From: Malacoraja senta
Lineage: Eukaryota
DNA length: 64,000 bases
Reading direction: 5' to 3'
Assembly: GCA_038087875.1 (NCBI GenBank)
Contig: JAXLNO010000269.1
Coordinates: 62,001 to 126,000 of the forward strand
The notes below the pieces were generated by a model. It saw only the letters and a list, made by a program, of their open reading frames with translations. It was not told the DNA's origin and did no database searches. Positions 63,546-64,000 of the stretch are shown piece by piece. Made by a program: the position numbers and the translations under genes. Numbering within the stretch: position 1 is the stretch's first letter; each line of letters starts with the position of its first letter.

Positions 63546-64000
63546 CAATGAATAAATAAGAGCTTAACCTTATGGAAATTAGACAGGCCAAGGCAATTTA
63601 ACAAGTGCAGATGTTGTTTGTTTCCTAGTTTCAGAAACATTCTGACCCACTACTCCCTCTCAGTAAATCAAGACCACAAACAGGATTAGATACATTGGTT
63701 TACTGTGCATTGCCACCATTTATTTAGGAGTCTGACTTGATTCAATTCCATTCACTTGAACATGGATACACTCAATTCCCTTGTTTCGATGGACAATAGA
63801 GGGTTTATAACTAAATAGTATACAGAATATATTGTTGAATGATTGTGTTAAAATTACATCTTTAGATCCAAAAACCACAGAATTTAAACCTCCCAGATTG
63901 AAGGATTGCATTTAGATCACTAGAATTCTTGGCTTGAATCTGGAATGCATTTATCTATACTTACACAGTCACATTGGTCTTTATCTACTTTCCAAGTGGC

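Overview
This is non-coding, repeat-dense vertebrate DNA, not a prokaryotic locus. HE1-type tRNA-derived V-SINEs and HER1-type CR1 LINEs suggest a cartilaginous fish, probably a skate or ray (inference from repeat content only). I found no host protein-coding gene, rRNA, genuine tRNA or CRISPR array that I can support. Essentially all recognisable ORFs are transposon-derived. The window holds many CR1/HER1 LINE fragments (one near full-length, 45.6-48.9 kb), Rex-Babar LINE fragments, two L1 3' insertions with TSDs (one with a twin-priming inversion), and a Tx1-like fragment. It also holds a decayed Gypsy LTR retrotransposon with a tRNA-Trp PBS, Harbinger-like MITEs, an Academ-like TIR element and old Deu-domain SINEs. 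Three structures stand out. (i) About ten dispersed Penelope-like pLTR tails carry a minimal hammerhead-ribozyme motif, several in fold-back form. (ii) A head-to-tail dimer of a ~1.9-kb non-autonomous Helitron-like element carries one such ribozyme fold-back in each unit. (iii) A repeat-free segment near 36.6-37.0 kb has clustered Pbx-Hox/Meis sites and a perfect 15-bp palindrome. Coordinates were read by eye and are approximate. Family names come from motif recognition, not database searches.
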